Position numbers and translations under genes: made by a program. The notes under the pieces are model-generated. The model saw only the letters and a list, made by a program, of their open reading frames with translations, made no database searches and had not been told where the DNA came from. DNA of 63,690 nucleotides, the filler included, from Asterionella formosa (lineage: Eukaryota), in assembly GCA_002256025.1 (NCBI GenBank). It is 15 parts of 15 records of this genome, joined end to end, with 100 filler letters (N's around TTAATTAATTAA, not from the genome) between each part and the next. Parts side by side here need not be neighbours in the genome. Positions count along the whole stretch, not along the records: positions 50,189 to 51,223 come from NKIB01004798.1; positions 51,324 to 52,358 come from NKIB01004799.1; positions 52,459 to 53,486 come from NKIB01004800.1; positions 53,587 to 54,621 come from NKIB01004801.1; positions 54,722 to 55,756 come from NKIB01004802.1; positions 55,857 to 56,890 come from NKIB01004803.1; positions 56,991 to 58,024 come from NKIB01004804.1; positions 58,125 to 59,158 come from NKIB01004805.1; 7 more parts are not named here. The stretch is one strand, 5' to 3'. This document shows, piece by piece, positions 50,225 to 62,781 of this stretch (the first letter of the stretch is position 1; every line of letters begins with the position of its first letter).

Positions 50225-51222
50225 ATATATTTATGAGCGACAGCACATTGAATATGTCTTACGTCAATCATTACCTGAATAACTTTTGTTATTTACAGGA
50301 TAATTACAGGTTGGATATCACCGCTATTGTAACACGGGATATTTTAAAATGCAAAGCTTAATTGCATTTCATTCTCATGTCATAAGCAACCCAAGCATTG
50401 GTGGCTGCGTTGTATATGCACCATGACATAAGATGAATAATATTTGATCGCGGTGGGTCCTGATCTTTCACTTATGAATGGATTGCACTTCAGGACATTT
50501 CGTTGTAAATCGAACATTTATAATTAATATATACCATGCATAGCAGGTATGATCCCACCTTTTTCTTCCCTTGCCAGTACTCAGCATGATGCTCTCAAAA
50601 TTTAATCCGTCAGCTTGTATCTTGCAACAGAAGTACCTGGTCTTAGTACCTTCTGCAAGTTTGCTCATTTGTCCAGCTGATTATTTTATGACGGATAATT
50701 TACAAGTACCATGTCCTGTCTGTATGGTGGAAATATCAGTGTTTTTCTGCATGTCATGCATTCTTATAATGATATGCACAGAACATTTGCACAATGATTT
50801 ATTATATTTTGATACACCTATCAAGGATTATGTTTACACATGGAACATTCAAGCTCCTAATTATACAGATACGGAAATATGCTGTTATGGCTGAAGTCCT
50901 CCAGCACCATTCTATACGAAATGGTCTGTTAAAGAAACTGACTCATTGGGATATCGATAAACTCCAACCGACTTCAAATTTTGGTCTTCAAAACTTAAAA
51001 CAGGATTGAAATGGAACTAGTCCATTTGTATGGTTACCTATGCATACGTCAACAAACGTTTGCATCAATGAAAGCATTGTTAGTTGCAGATACACTCATG
51101 AGTTATCCTGATCGTAATTTTCCTTTCCATATTTTTACTAATGTTTCTGATTTTCAATTAAGAAACTTTCAAAGAATTTCGCTCTATGTCATTGAATGCG
51201 GTTCTGCATTTTCACACTGAAC
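50225..51222 (+). mobile_element. Degraded Gypsy pol fragments (50225-50345 resembles 18834-18945; 51010-51222 resembles the RNase H region 20482-20795)
   Basis: Nucleotide similarity, e.g. atgaaagcattgttagttgcagatacactcatg.gttatcctga. Confidence 0.7.
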
Positions 51223-51372
51223 ANNNNNNNNNNNNNNNNNNNNNNNNNNNNNNNNNNNNNNNNNNNNTTAATTAATTAANNNNNNNNNNNNNNNNNNNNN
51301 NNNNNNNNNNNNNNNNNNNNNNNCAGCTCCTTTCTTATTCGCATTCCCAATCGTCCCTCCATTGCGTCCTCC

Positions 51373-52353
51373 ATGATTGCTTCAGAAGCCACTGTCCCTA
51401 TCCTAGGCACTCAAACAAAAATGCACCAAACTCCTGTCAAGACCTTATCCGCTTCCTTGCACGAAGGACAGCAGCATCATCGAGCCAACTACGTTGCACT
51501 CAAGCGCAGCAATTCATGTCCCACTATAATGAAGCTTCGCTCGAGTATGCGTGTGCCTAGCCTCGATGAATCCCTCCACAACTTTGATATCAGTCGATCA
51601 AGAGGTAGCGTCGACTCCTCGGTGGAAGCGCTTCCCACTCTGAAGGAAACCGATCCCCGCAACGTCATTTTTGCTGAAATCAGAATCCGCGAGTACGAAC
51701 GATCCTTGGGCGACAATCCGTCCTGTTCCTCGGGTCCTCCCATTAGGTACGTTGCTTTTTTGGTCTTAGAGTTGGGTTGGATGGTATAGTTAGTTAGTCA
51801 CTCACCCCATCGCTTCATTACTACACTGAATTAACCACCGGTATTTAGTCTCGGGTGGAAGTACCAAGAACGCAAGGCTGTTCCATTGGACAAATTCGAA
51901 TCCCTTCGAGCTCCTCGCCGTTCTCAATTCGAGATGCTCATCCCCCGTGACAAACGCCAAGAAATGTTGGTGAGGGAATGGAATACTCCTCCTCAACAGT
52001 GTGCCCGTGCTGTTCGGGAAAACATGAAGACCAAATCCCAACGCCGCCGTACAATTGAAAATTTGGGATTTGAAAAGTTTGATACTGCTTTGGAGTCGGC
52101 ACGACGCAAGATTGTTCGAACCGTCATGTTTCAAAAACGACCCTCCAAGAAGTATGACGACATGATGGTCCAAGCAGACAAGGCAGCAGCGTCTGTGGCT
52201 AAGGTAGTGGCAGTGGACGATGCGCCAAAATATGTGCGTTTGACGAAGCGACACACGGCACCCATTGTCGCGAATGAAGATGATGCTCTTCCATGGCCAC
52301 AACCACAACACATTCGTAGTATAACTACGGGTTGTACTACGCTTCAAGTATAA
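51373..52353 (+). CDS. Uncharacterised protein of the diatom-recurrent 'IREYERxLGDNPSCSSGPPIxLGW' family; exons 51373-51746, 51849-52353
   Basis: Intron GTACGT...TTTAG restores GPPIS|LGWKY; continuous frame to the stop at 52353. Confidence 0.85.
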
Positions 52354-52749
52354 ACACCNNNNNNNNNNNNNNNNNNNNNNNNNNNNNNNNNNNNNNNNNN
52401 NNTTAATTAATTAANNNNNNNNNNNNNNNNNNNNNNNNNNNNNNNNNNNNNNNNNNNNGAGACATGCAATGCTCAACAATGCTCAACAAGTAGTACCAAC
52501 GGTGCTTTATTTCCAATCTGGCAGGCTATTGTAATCTCTACAATCAACAATGACTTAATTATGTGTCTACAACATCAACTACTACTACTACGTGTGCTGA
52601 ATTCTACAGTGTGAATCTTCCTCTTGCATGTGTTATTCTTTGCCAGTTCAGATCAAAGAAATATGTCGGAGCGGAAAAAATAATAAGTGAATCGGAATTG
52701 GCGACTCTTTCGTTCATTATATGGTGAAAGCAGCATAATATTGCGGCAG

Positions 52750-53020
52750 AGCAGCATAATTTCGCTTTTAAACTGTTGCGATGGCTAGTTGGTCAACATA
52801 TATTGTCACGAACACACATAATTATTGGTGTGATCACATAATTATTTGATAAGTGAAATAAATTTTTGTTTAACCCAAATAAATTAGGGAAAAAGTAGCA
52901 TAATATTTCAAAAAAGTAACATAATATTTTAGAAAAGTAACATAATATTTTAAAAAAGTAGCATAAATACGTCACTTTACACATAAATTCGAAAAAGTGC
53001 CGTAAACGGCGTCTTAGATG
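52750..53020. mobile_element. End 'B' of the CATCTAAGACGC element, with 21-bp subterminal tandem repeats, abutting a Copia integrase
   Basis: Homologous to 2050-2267; aaaagta.cataatattt repeated 3-4 times. Confidence 0.7.
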
Positions 53021-53486
53021 TGGCTCTGGACGACTTCTCGGAGAAATGCGTGGCGGAGAGCCAGCCAATCTCATATACGTCCTCCTTGGTTCCAACGGTT
53101 TCGAAGAGGTCGTTGAACGCAACATGAAATTGCGGTGACACCAGCCCCGTCGATATGTTTAACACTAGAGCAACGGACCGGGCATGCTGTGGGGACTGCC
53201 CTAGATACAAGCCTACCCTCGCTCTCTTAAACCACTTAGGTATGTGTTTCCCGGCAGCCAGCTTGTTAGACAGAACGTACGTAGGGCACCCAAAAGGGCG
53301 AAATGACCCCAACTTAGGGGACACGTCAGTCAGGGTGCGGCGGACCTTCCGTCCACACGACGCGGAGCGCTAATAAGTGCATCATTAGCCGCACGCAGTG
53401 CATATGGCCACAGGCAATTTGACATGACTCGTGGCCATCGGGCAGTGGTGTGCAATAACGCAGTACGCGCCAAGTCCTGTAAGTCC
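53021..53486 (-). mobile_element. Copia pol fragment (integrase C-terminus/SH3-like region) from a different family
   Basis: LWPYALRAA, FRPFGCPTYVL...PKW..RARVGLYLGQSPQHARSVALVLNISTGLVSPQFHVAFND.FETV. Confidence 0.88.
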
Positions 53487-53992
53487 NNNNNNNNNNNNNN
53501 NNNNNNNNNNNNNNNNNNNNNNNNNNNNNNTTAATTAATTAANNNNNNNNNNNNNNNNNNNNNNNNNNNNNNNNNNNNNNNNNNNNCTAATCTAGTTTAG
53601 GTTGTTCTGTTTGAACAAACAAACGAACTATTCTCCAAATGCTGTTTGCATTTCTAGAAACATACAATCATAGATAGACCCATGTCTATCTCACACTTAC
53701 TGATCATAGGTTTTTAACCATGATCATTCAATTTCAAACTATCGGTCTTCCGAAATAGCTTATATCGTCCGGCTCATTATAGGCGGAGTAACAAGGTATA
53801 ATGTGTGGTTATGAGAGCTTGGTACATCAAAGTTGACTCATTCGAATCGGTTGACTCGTTTGACTCCGAGTCATAACTACCGGTACATACCCGCAAATAG
53901 TATACACTAAACGGCAGTTATCTGGTGGTTAGTCTACACTTTTTGTATACTTTTAGACTCTACTCAATTCCTCTCACGTACCAGGGTCCACG

Positions 53993-54621
53993 TGAAGTAT
54001 CTAACTAGAAGTAGTAGTATTTGTTGAATATATGAGTTTATTAATTAATCCTTATGTACAACTCATTTCCTGAACTGACATCAAAGTATAGAATGGGTGT
54101 TAGTTGAGTTCTCTCATTATACAATTCCGATATATTTGATATAACCCTAACCCTAAATACATCTGTATCGATGTGCAGGATTGCTCACTCTCCCACACTC
54201 GAGGGAAAACCTTTTACCTATGAAAAGGTTTGATACGACAAATATTAATTCGTTCGGTAATGTGCATAGTGCGTTGGAAAGTAACTGTCCCATTGGCATG
54301 TACTTGAATAATAGTATAAGGACCTCGTCCACGATCATCCAAAGTAGTAGGATTATCAAATAATATTAAAATCTCGTCTCCCACTTTGTAATCATAAGAT
54401 CGACGACGGAAATTAGCACGACGTAAACGTTCGTCAATTATCACTTGTCGACGTTGATGTATTAATTGTAAATCTGCAATCAAAGGAATATTCAATATCA
54501 TATCACGTTGAAAAACCCATGCTCCTGGTGAAATACGTAATATACTATGAATAGTAGCTCGAGCTGCATATGACGCAGCTGCAAAACATGTATCCACAAT
54601 ATTTTGGGCTTGAAATTCATT
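53993..54621 (-). mobile_element. 3' end of another copy of the Gypsy element (IN C-terminus, PPT, LTR 53993-54187)
   Basis: Reverse complement of 21835-22463 with about 20 substitutions in the non-LTR part; outer flank CGTGG. Confidence 0.93.
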
Positions 54622-54722
54622 NNNNNNNNNNNNNNNNNNNNNNNNNNNNNNNNNNNNNNNNNNNNTTAATTAATTAANNNNNNNNNNNNNNNNNNNNNNN
54701 NNNNNNNNNNNNNNNNNNNNNG

Positions 54723-55756
54723 ATGGTTCCTCCACCTGAAATGAAAATACCTCCAACTGCTGACACACTCGACATTGACGAGATGGATCCATCCGAAAAT
54801 GTCGTACCTGCAACTACTACTGGTACACTTCTTGACATTAACGAGATTCTTGGTCCCCCTGAAAAGAGGAAACCCTTTCCCGGTTGGCTAGCCAATATTG
54901 ATGAGTTCGTCAACTCGCTCATAGTACCAGATGACTTTATTCTGGATGAAAGTGGGCTGGGATTGATTCATATAAAAGGAATCGACATAAAACATATATC
55001 TGTCAAGGTACTTCGAAAAATTTGCGTGAGATTTAAAGTGTCAGGGTACAGGAATGGCAAGAAGGACTCCACTATTTCCTTAATTGTCCGTTTACTGAAA
55101 AGAGACTGGCTGGTTGGTCAACTATACCCCCCCACTCCTATGATCACTTATAATGAAGTGATTGGCATCCACAACAACAACAGGAACAATGATGAATCTA
55201 TTATTGAAGATGAAGAAAAGAGTTGTGGCAATGTTGATATGGACTCTGATTGTTCACAGAAAGGGAAGAATGATGAAGCAGAAAAAGACCCTGACTATGT
55301 TCTTAATTCGCAAAATAGCAGTGATGACGATGACAAAACATTGACTCTTCCTCCTCCTGTTGCAAAGAAGGCAACAAAAAAGAAAAAGGCTACTGTAGCA
55401 AAATCAACTCCTCCAAGCAGTGTTACATGTGCTAACACATATTTTCGTGTCATCAATGTGTACATGTGTGAGCAACACAGAAGTGATGTGTTGATGCTTG
55501 GTCAGCCTCCAACTATGGCTGAACTGGATGTAAGGAAATTCAGGCACAAATACATTTTCGATAGACTCATAACTACATTCCTTGATGATGAAGATGATGA
55601 CAGCAATAATCTTGCATTTTCACAAGATCCTTATTGGGAACAAATGGGAATAGACAGTTGTTACCCAAAGACGTATGACGCTCTGTCCTCTGTCGAATTT
55701 TCTATGGCAATGGGGTACATTAACTATCATTACCAAATTGCATACAGGAACAACAA
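54723..55756 (+). CDS. Partial ORF (both ends at gaps), possibly a transposon accessory DNA-binding protein
   Basis: About 345 open codons; SAP-like segment ISVKVLRKICVRFKVSGYRNGKKDSTISLI, basic NLS-like KKATKKKK, and an FRVINV...TMAELD block. Confidence 0.55.
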
Positions 55757-58700
55757 NNNNNNNNNNNNNNNNNNNNNNNNNNNNNNNNNNNNNNNNNNNN
55801 TTAATTAATTAANNNNNNNNNNNNNNNNNNNNNNNNNNNNNNNNNNNNNNNNNNNNTCTCATGATATGATCATTATTCATTGTCAGCACTGATACTATCA
55901 TCATTGGCACTGTTGATGTATCTTCTTTCATCGAAGGAAAACTTCATTCGCAATTTCTTTATCCATGTTATTATGACTTCAGAATATCATCTGTTCGGTT
56001 AGATGAGGAAAATAGGTGTTCATGGAACTCATTCCATCACATCAGACAAATATTCTAAAAGTATTACTTGTAAACAGAATGCCAAAGTCATGTACAGACC
56101 AATGCCATTTGTTGCTGAAGGGAAACATTCAATTTTACCAAATATACAAACCCGCAGACCTCAAATATTTGAAACTAATCATAATACGCACGTGGCTATA
56201 TTTCAGTGATTAATTGCATTGCAGGTGTTCTTGCACATGGATTTGAAATTGATAATTGTGATTTTGGGGGGATCACTTTGTTGGTTAGCATGCCTTCATA
56301 GTTGGCGGGTTCGATTCCTTCATTCTCCATCTGTCGATTTTTTTCATGTAGTCGTAGTCCCTAGTAGGGTTCCGGTGTGTCTGTGAATTAAGGTTGCTGC
56401 CTTTGAAACCCTAGGCAAAAATTGAAATATTGCTTAGGGTTGCCAGAATTCCCTGGAATTAAGAATTTTATTAGCTATTTTTGAATGACATGATTCCATT
56501 TGAAATAATTAAATCAGTAGAAATTTGCGCGTACGTACATAGATTCCTTTTCGAATTCGCTAAATATATATAAAAACATTCTCATAACTGGATGTATATA
56601 TACCCTATAATACGATCAACATATGTGTGTCAGAGAATCAAGCTGGCAGCATGGCAAATATCGTTGATGACTACCGGTATACTGTGCTAGAATCGAAAAT
56701 TAATTCTACCCCCAATACTACCATTTTTTGTCGTATTGAAAGCTAGTGCACTACCGGTATCTATTATCACCCCACATCCACGGACCATGTCGTAGGCATC
56801 ACCGGATCAATTAGATCCAAGATTAAAATTCCTATGTTTTGTACTCCGAGTACTCACCAAACAACAAGCATCTTAAAATCAGGAACACGANNNNNNNNNN
56901 NNNNNNNNNNNNNNNNNNNNNNNNNNNNNNNNNNTTAATTAATTAANNNNNNNNNNNNNNNNNNNNNNNNNNNNNNNNNNNNNNNNNNNNATATTCCTGT
57001 ACTTCTTAATTTCCCTTGAATGTTGATGCACCAGCACAAATAATGTGTTTTTGGTGCTATGAACCCATGCATAAGCATCAAGGAATCCTCGACACTGATG
57101 AATGGATAAAAATTCTGTAACGTCTTTTCAATAGAATCGCTATTCATCATTATGTGTTCAAGAAAGTATAGTAAGTGAACATAACTCACTCTTTGAAATG
57201 AAATACTGGCATTACAGCTGTCTTGATCCAAACAATGATGACACCCAACATTTGTCTGGTCGTTGTCCCTGAAATACCACAAAAAGGTATTGCCATATTC
57301 TATGCCTAGCAATCCACTTGCCACTTGGAACAAAGCAACAAGGGCAAAAAGGGGGATGACAAAAAATGCATCTATTGTCCGCGCAAGGTTGTCTGGGATA
57401 CAGCGGCAGCTCTAGTTTGAGCTGGGTACATGGGCACTGCAAACGTGCTATCCCTCGACCGAATCTATGAGACAATTGGTCAGGATAAGACTGCTACTCA
57501 AATTCTCAACCAAATGTTGAATTATTGCCGCAACATGGTAAGAAGCACAACAGAAATCCGAAATCATAGCTTTTTAAGTTTTGTTTTATCGCAAGAAAAT
57601 CACTCTGCAAATGCCGTTCTTGTCCTACAGACTATCAATATGAGAAATGAGGATGAGCAGCTGCATCTAAGCCCTGTATTACATGAAGTGATCTTCATGT
57701 AAATAGTAAGCCTGGTTGATTTTGAATGGATCACACGAATTCGTTGAATACATCAAAATGCGTGCTTGAATATATCTATTTATTATCTGAAGATGTTAAT
57801 TATTTGATCAGAGTATCATGCATGCATTTCTGATCATCACCATCATAGCTATGTGATCACCTTCACATAATTATTTGAAATACTTCACGTAATTCTATTA
57901 TTAAGCTCATGTTGCCTTGTTATAATTTCGTTCACATAATTCTATAATATAGTTCACATAACATACTAAATTTGTTCACATAATTCTATGATTTGTTGAT
58001 ATAATTTTCTGAAGTTCATTCAACNNNNNNNNNNNNNNNNNNNNNNNNNNNNNNNNNNNNNNNNNNNNTTAATTAATTAANNNNNNNNNNNNNNNNNNNN
58101 NNNNNNNNNNNNNNNNNNNNNNNNGATTTAGCGATGGAGCCAAGGGTCGTCGAGATTACCGGAATTTATGTTTTGTAGAAAAGCATCACAACGAAACGTT
58201 GATGCGTTGCTCGCGTGTGGGTAATCGGAATGGTCACTTTCCGATAAAACTCTACCGGTATGTATAGCAGATACAAAAAGTCTGTCTATAACGTCTTGAA
58301 ATTAAAAACACGCGTTGAGGAAAATTGTCTCCTGGCACATTTAATCCTACATATATACTATGGAAGAATCTTGATATGTAGTCGATACCGGTAGCTATAC
58401 CGTAAAAGGCACGATCATTATTGGTAGAGTGAACTGTATACCGGTACCTGGTATACTATACTACAAAGTACCGGTTTATCGCTACAACATGCATTGCTTG
58501 AATAATTATGTTCGTTTCTAGCATATTTAGTCCGAAACGTGAATTTACTCGATTTTACGTTGACTCGCAGTTCAAAATGTTTAAAACGTTGCTGGCTCTC
58601 AGCCAGGTTTTAGGTGGTACCAGTACTTACATGGTACCAGGTACCAGTGCCAGTAACAGCATATCATGGACTGTATCGTACGCACACAACTAGACCATGA

Positions 58701-59268
58701 TAAGTAGGGTTCAGTCATTACTTACCGGTAAAAGACAATTTTATCCATTGGAAACAAAGCCTGGCTATGCTACATATGTATCGCAAATACTGGACCTACG
58801 AGAACCCTGCCAGTGCATTGCATACCGGTAGAAAGAGTTATTTTTAAGACCCGATGAATGAGGGTTTGGGTAAATGATTTTGTAATATATATATATACAC
58901 AACTATCTATATATAACTATATATATATATAATAGAGATCTAGGGTTGGATTATTCTAAATTCTACTCCTACTCCAACTCCAACTCCTACCCGGTACCAT
59001 GAACCCGGCATCAAAATTACCGAACTCGACGAAGAGAGGCCGACGAGTACATTAGTCTGCATTAAGTGCCTCATAATGTGGTCCTGTTAGATCCAAAGAA
59101 CCTACTAAGTGACAGTATACGTCGTTAATTTTCCAAAGGATCGAAGATGAGAAGACTANNNNNNNNNNNNNNNNNNNNNNNNNNNNNNNNNNNNNNNNNN
59201 NNTTAATTAATTAANNNNNNNNNNNNNNNNNNNNNNNNNNNNNNNNNNNNNNNNNNNNACTTCGAACC

Positions 59269-59950
59269 AATGCAGAGCGAGGTGAGAATCGCGGTCAAGA
59301 AGATGAGCAAAGATCTCAACAATGAAATATTGATTTCTTTCATTTCGCTGCTGCGCGCTGTCGTTTCCGTTCCTGACAACAGTCCAGAGCTTCAAAAAGA
59401 ATGCAGTTCTCCAGCAGAGAATTGCCTTCACACTCAGGGCAGCATCAGGCAGCGTCTCGAGGTGTCTTGGTAAGTTTGACCTCCTGCCTTTTAAAATGCT
59501 GGTGGTCAAGACAAGTTGCTTGCTCAATAACTTTCGAAATGCATCATGTACCAGTAAATGCTGCTGAGAACTGATGCTGCTATTTGCTCCGCCATCAAAC
59601 CAAACAGTACTCTATCAGGGAAGGGGATCGAGTGACAAGAAGTAAGCGTAGCTAGTAGCTTTCCAACTACCAGTAGTCTATTCTTGCTTTGCCACAACAG
59701 CAAACTGGTATCATTGGCTGTAATGACAGGACAGTTTAAATTTGCAATATAGAAGCAACAAACCACTCTTGATGTGCGTGGTCATTTGATAACAAGAGAC
59801 AAGTCCCTCGACTTGTCTTTCTTGGTCCAAATTGTGGCGTAGAATACATGATGCAACAGCGGTCACCAGCCAATGGGGATTCAGAAACCAGCAAATTGCA
59901 ACAACCCATTCATATTGATGATATCATTTTACATACCCACCACTGAGAAG
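59269..59950 (-). pseudogene. Possible degraded ROCO (COR domain) gene fragment
   Basis: Frameshifted pieces FLNPHWLVTAVASCILRHNL, CPVITANDTSLLLW and ILCWRTAFFLKL resemble COR-domain motifs; weak, by-eye only. Confidence 0.3.
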
Positions 59951-60031
59951 TCCTCTCTGATACTAGGAGCTGGGATGACCATGTTTGTGTCATCAACCTA
60001 CATCAGTGCAAGGGATTGGTCAAAATCCTCC

Positions 60032-60292
<261 letters not shown>

Positions 60293-61854
60293 NNNNNNNN
60301 NNNNNNNNNNNNNNNNNNNNNNNNNNNNNNNNNNNNTTAATTAATTAANNNNNNNNNNNNNNNNNNNNNNNNNNNNNNNNNNNNNNNNNNNNACTCGAGT
60401 TCTAGGGGCTAAGAATCAAGATAAAACAGGATAGAACTGCACTAATTTAGTGTTGCAAATGAAATGTAAATACTTTTCGCTTCTACAGAACTAACAATAG
60501 TAAGTGCTATACCTTGGGAACGGTTGGCTCATGATATGATTACATTCTGTTAGTATTGCTGAGTTGAAGAAATTCTGGTGCATTGTAAACGCATTTTCTG
60601 ATGACACAAACATCCTGGCTACATACTCTGAACATGAGCAAAACAGCATGTCACATTATTTATGATTTGAATTATAATAGAAATCTATCACTTTCTGCCA
60701 ATCAACAAACTCAATAATTTTTATCCACCAATTACCTGCTACACCCTCTAAAAACGCGAGCCAAACTCCAAACTAGATTATGTCAACAATTGTTGACACA
60801 GTTATAGGGAAACATTAGGACCAACAACTCGAAAACTGTGTGCCCTTGCATTCTTGTAAGACAATTTAGACTTGCTTGTGTTCATCAAGAATTTTCGTCA
60901 CTGGATTCTTGGCAGTTGATGGAAGGTGACAGACAAATGAGTAGTATGCTGCCCTGAAACACCCCATCAGAGTATCTGCTAGGTAGCCATGTAGGCATGG
61001 CTCAAAAACGGCCCAAAGTGGTGGCTTTGCTAGTGCGAATGCTCCTTCACGTTAGAACTGTGATAGAAAATTTGGAATACAATCTTGTAGAACTGGAAGG
61101 AAAATAGGAAAACCTTCTGTTGGTGGCGGATACAGTTTTTTCATCCTTGAAGTGCATTGATTATGCCATTAAATTCTTGGGCTTCAAGTGAAAGACATGC
61201 TGGTGATCCTTTTTCTTGCTTGCAGGCATCCGTTTTCTTCACAGCCTTGACTAGGGGTCAAGAACAAGCACAGATCTTGTTGGGTTCTTTCCACAGTTGC
61301 TCATGATATTCCAAGTACTAGAGAGGCGGAGTGGCATGAAATAGGACAATGCATTCTAGTAGTATTCAAATGAGGTGGAACTACTACAATATTGGATTCT
61401 CATGTTGGTATTCCGGTTGGCCATGCNNNNNNNNNNNNNNNNNNNNNNNNNNNNNNNNNNNNNNNNNNNNTTAATTAATTAANNNNNNNNNNNNNNNNNN
61501 NNNNNNNNNNNNNNNNNNNNNNNNNNTGGAAAGATAGCCCACCCAAATCACACAGCAGTGTATCAGCAACTTCTGATAGTCTAGTCCACAATTCCTCTCT
61601 TGAGATATTCATTCGACTTTCAGCACAAACTGCTGCTGAAGTAAATAGATTGCTCAACACTGATGGGGGTGTAGACAGTGGCATCAACAGGTATTGTGCA
61701 AAGGTAATTTCTTTGTTACAACATATTGATCAAAATATTCAATTTACCAGGTGTTTACAATTGAGTCTTTGTTTAACAATTAATAGCATTCAAAGTGTAG
61801 TTCAGATTGCATTGACTAGATATGATATGATTTACTAAAAATAAGTATATCTAT

Positions 61855-62262
61855 TCATTTGGGACAGGTACGTGAATTGTGCCCATTCACCCCACAATTA
61901 CCACATTGATTTCCACTGACATATTCAAATCTTGACTTATCTCGTTGATTAGCACGGTTCTTAGAGCCTGGAGGACGTCCACGCTTCCTAACTACACTGA
62001 CCACTGGATTTGAAAGCATTTGTAGCGGTCGAGAAGTGGCTTCCTCAAGTCTTTGCAATACAACGGGAACTTGATCAGCATCTACGGAATATAGGGTCTC
62101 TTGGATTGAGTTCAGCCGCTTCTGTCGTGGAGAGTAGACATTGGCTGCTGGGGATGAAGTCTCATGCTGAAGCATCCAATGCTCGTGAAAATCGGTGCTT
62201 TGGAATGTTCCAGAGCTCACAATGATGTGCATGCGTTAGCACGGCAGTGTCGTGGAGGAGTC
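61855..62262 (-). mobile_element. MULE/Mutator-like transposase C-terminal remnant with CCHC knuckle
   Basis: HEHWML...RKRGRPPGSKNR..QRDKSRFEYV...CGNCGVNGHNSRTCP. Confidence 0.6.
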
Positions 62263-62429
62263 TGTTAATATCTGCATATGATGCTCCATACATGCGCCGT
62301 ACGAACCATACCGGCGCAGCCACCAGATTAGGTACATGCGTGAGTGCTGACAACGATGTACTTGGAACAGCAATAGAATAGTCATAATATTGTAGTTCAC
62401 CTTTATTCACGATAAGGTTCCCCTCAACA
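62263..62429. mobile_element. Solo LTR with 5-bp TSD GAGTC
   Basis: gagtc|TGTTAATATC...CCCTCAACA|gagtc; homolog of 13908-14065. Confidence 0.92.
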
Positions 62430-62781
62430 GAGTCAACTAAAATTCGTGTGGCAAAAAAGTATTGGTGGTTTATACGAAGACTATGTAGGCTAGTAGGGTT
62501 TAAGGGTTTATCAAAAAGAGGGGGACGAAATATCCATATAGGGGGACGAATTATCTNNNNNNNNNNNNNNNNNNNNNNNNNNNNNNNNNNNNNNNNNNNN
62601 TTAATTAATTAANNNNNNNNNNNNNNNNNNNNNNNNNNNNNNNNNNNNNNNNNNNNACTAAACATCGACCTGGATTCGGTGCCACACGTCATTGCGTGCC
62701 CAGGAGGTAACCGGTGTCATAGGTTGTGACATCACGATGAACCTTGGCTTCAATCTTCGACCCACTGTGATCCAACAGCCA

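Noticed and set aside
49962..53020. Inward-facing A and B ends that seem to enclose the 51373-52353 gene as a Pack-type element
   Set aside because: Three scaffold gaps intervene, the flanks share no TSD, and the B end sits in a Copia sequence absent at the A end, so these are probably different copies.
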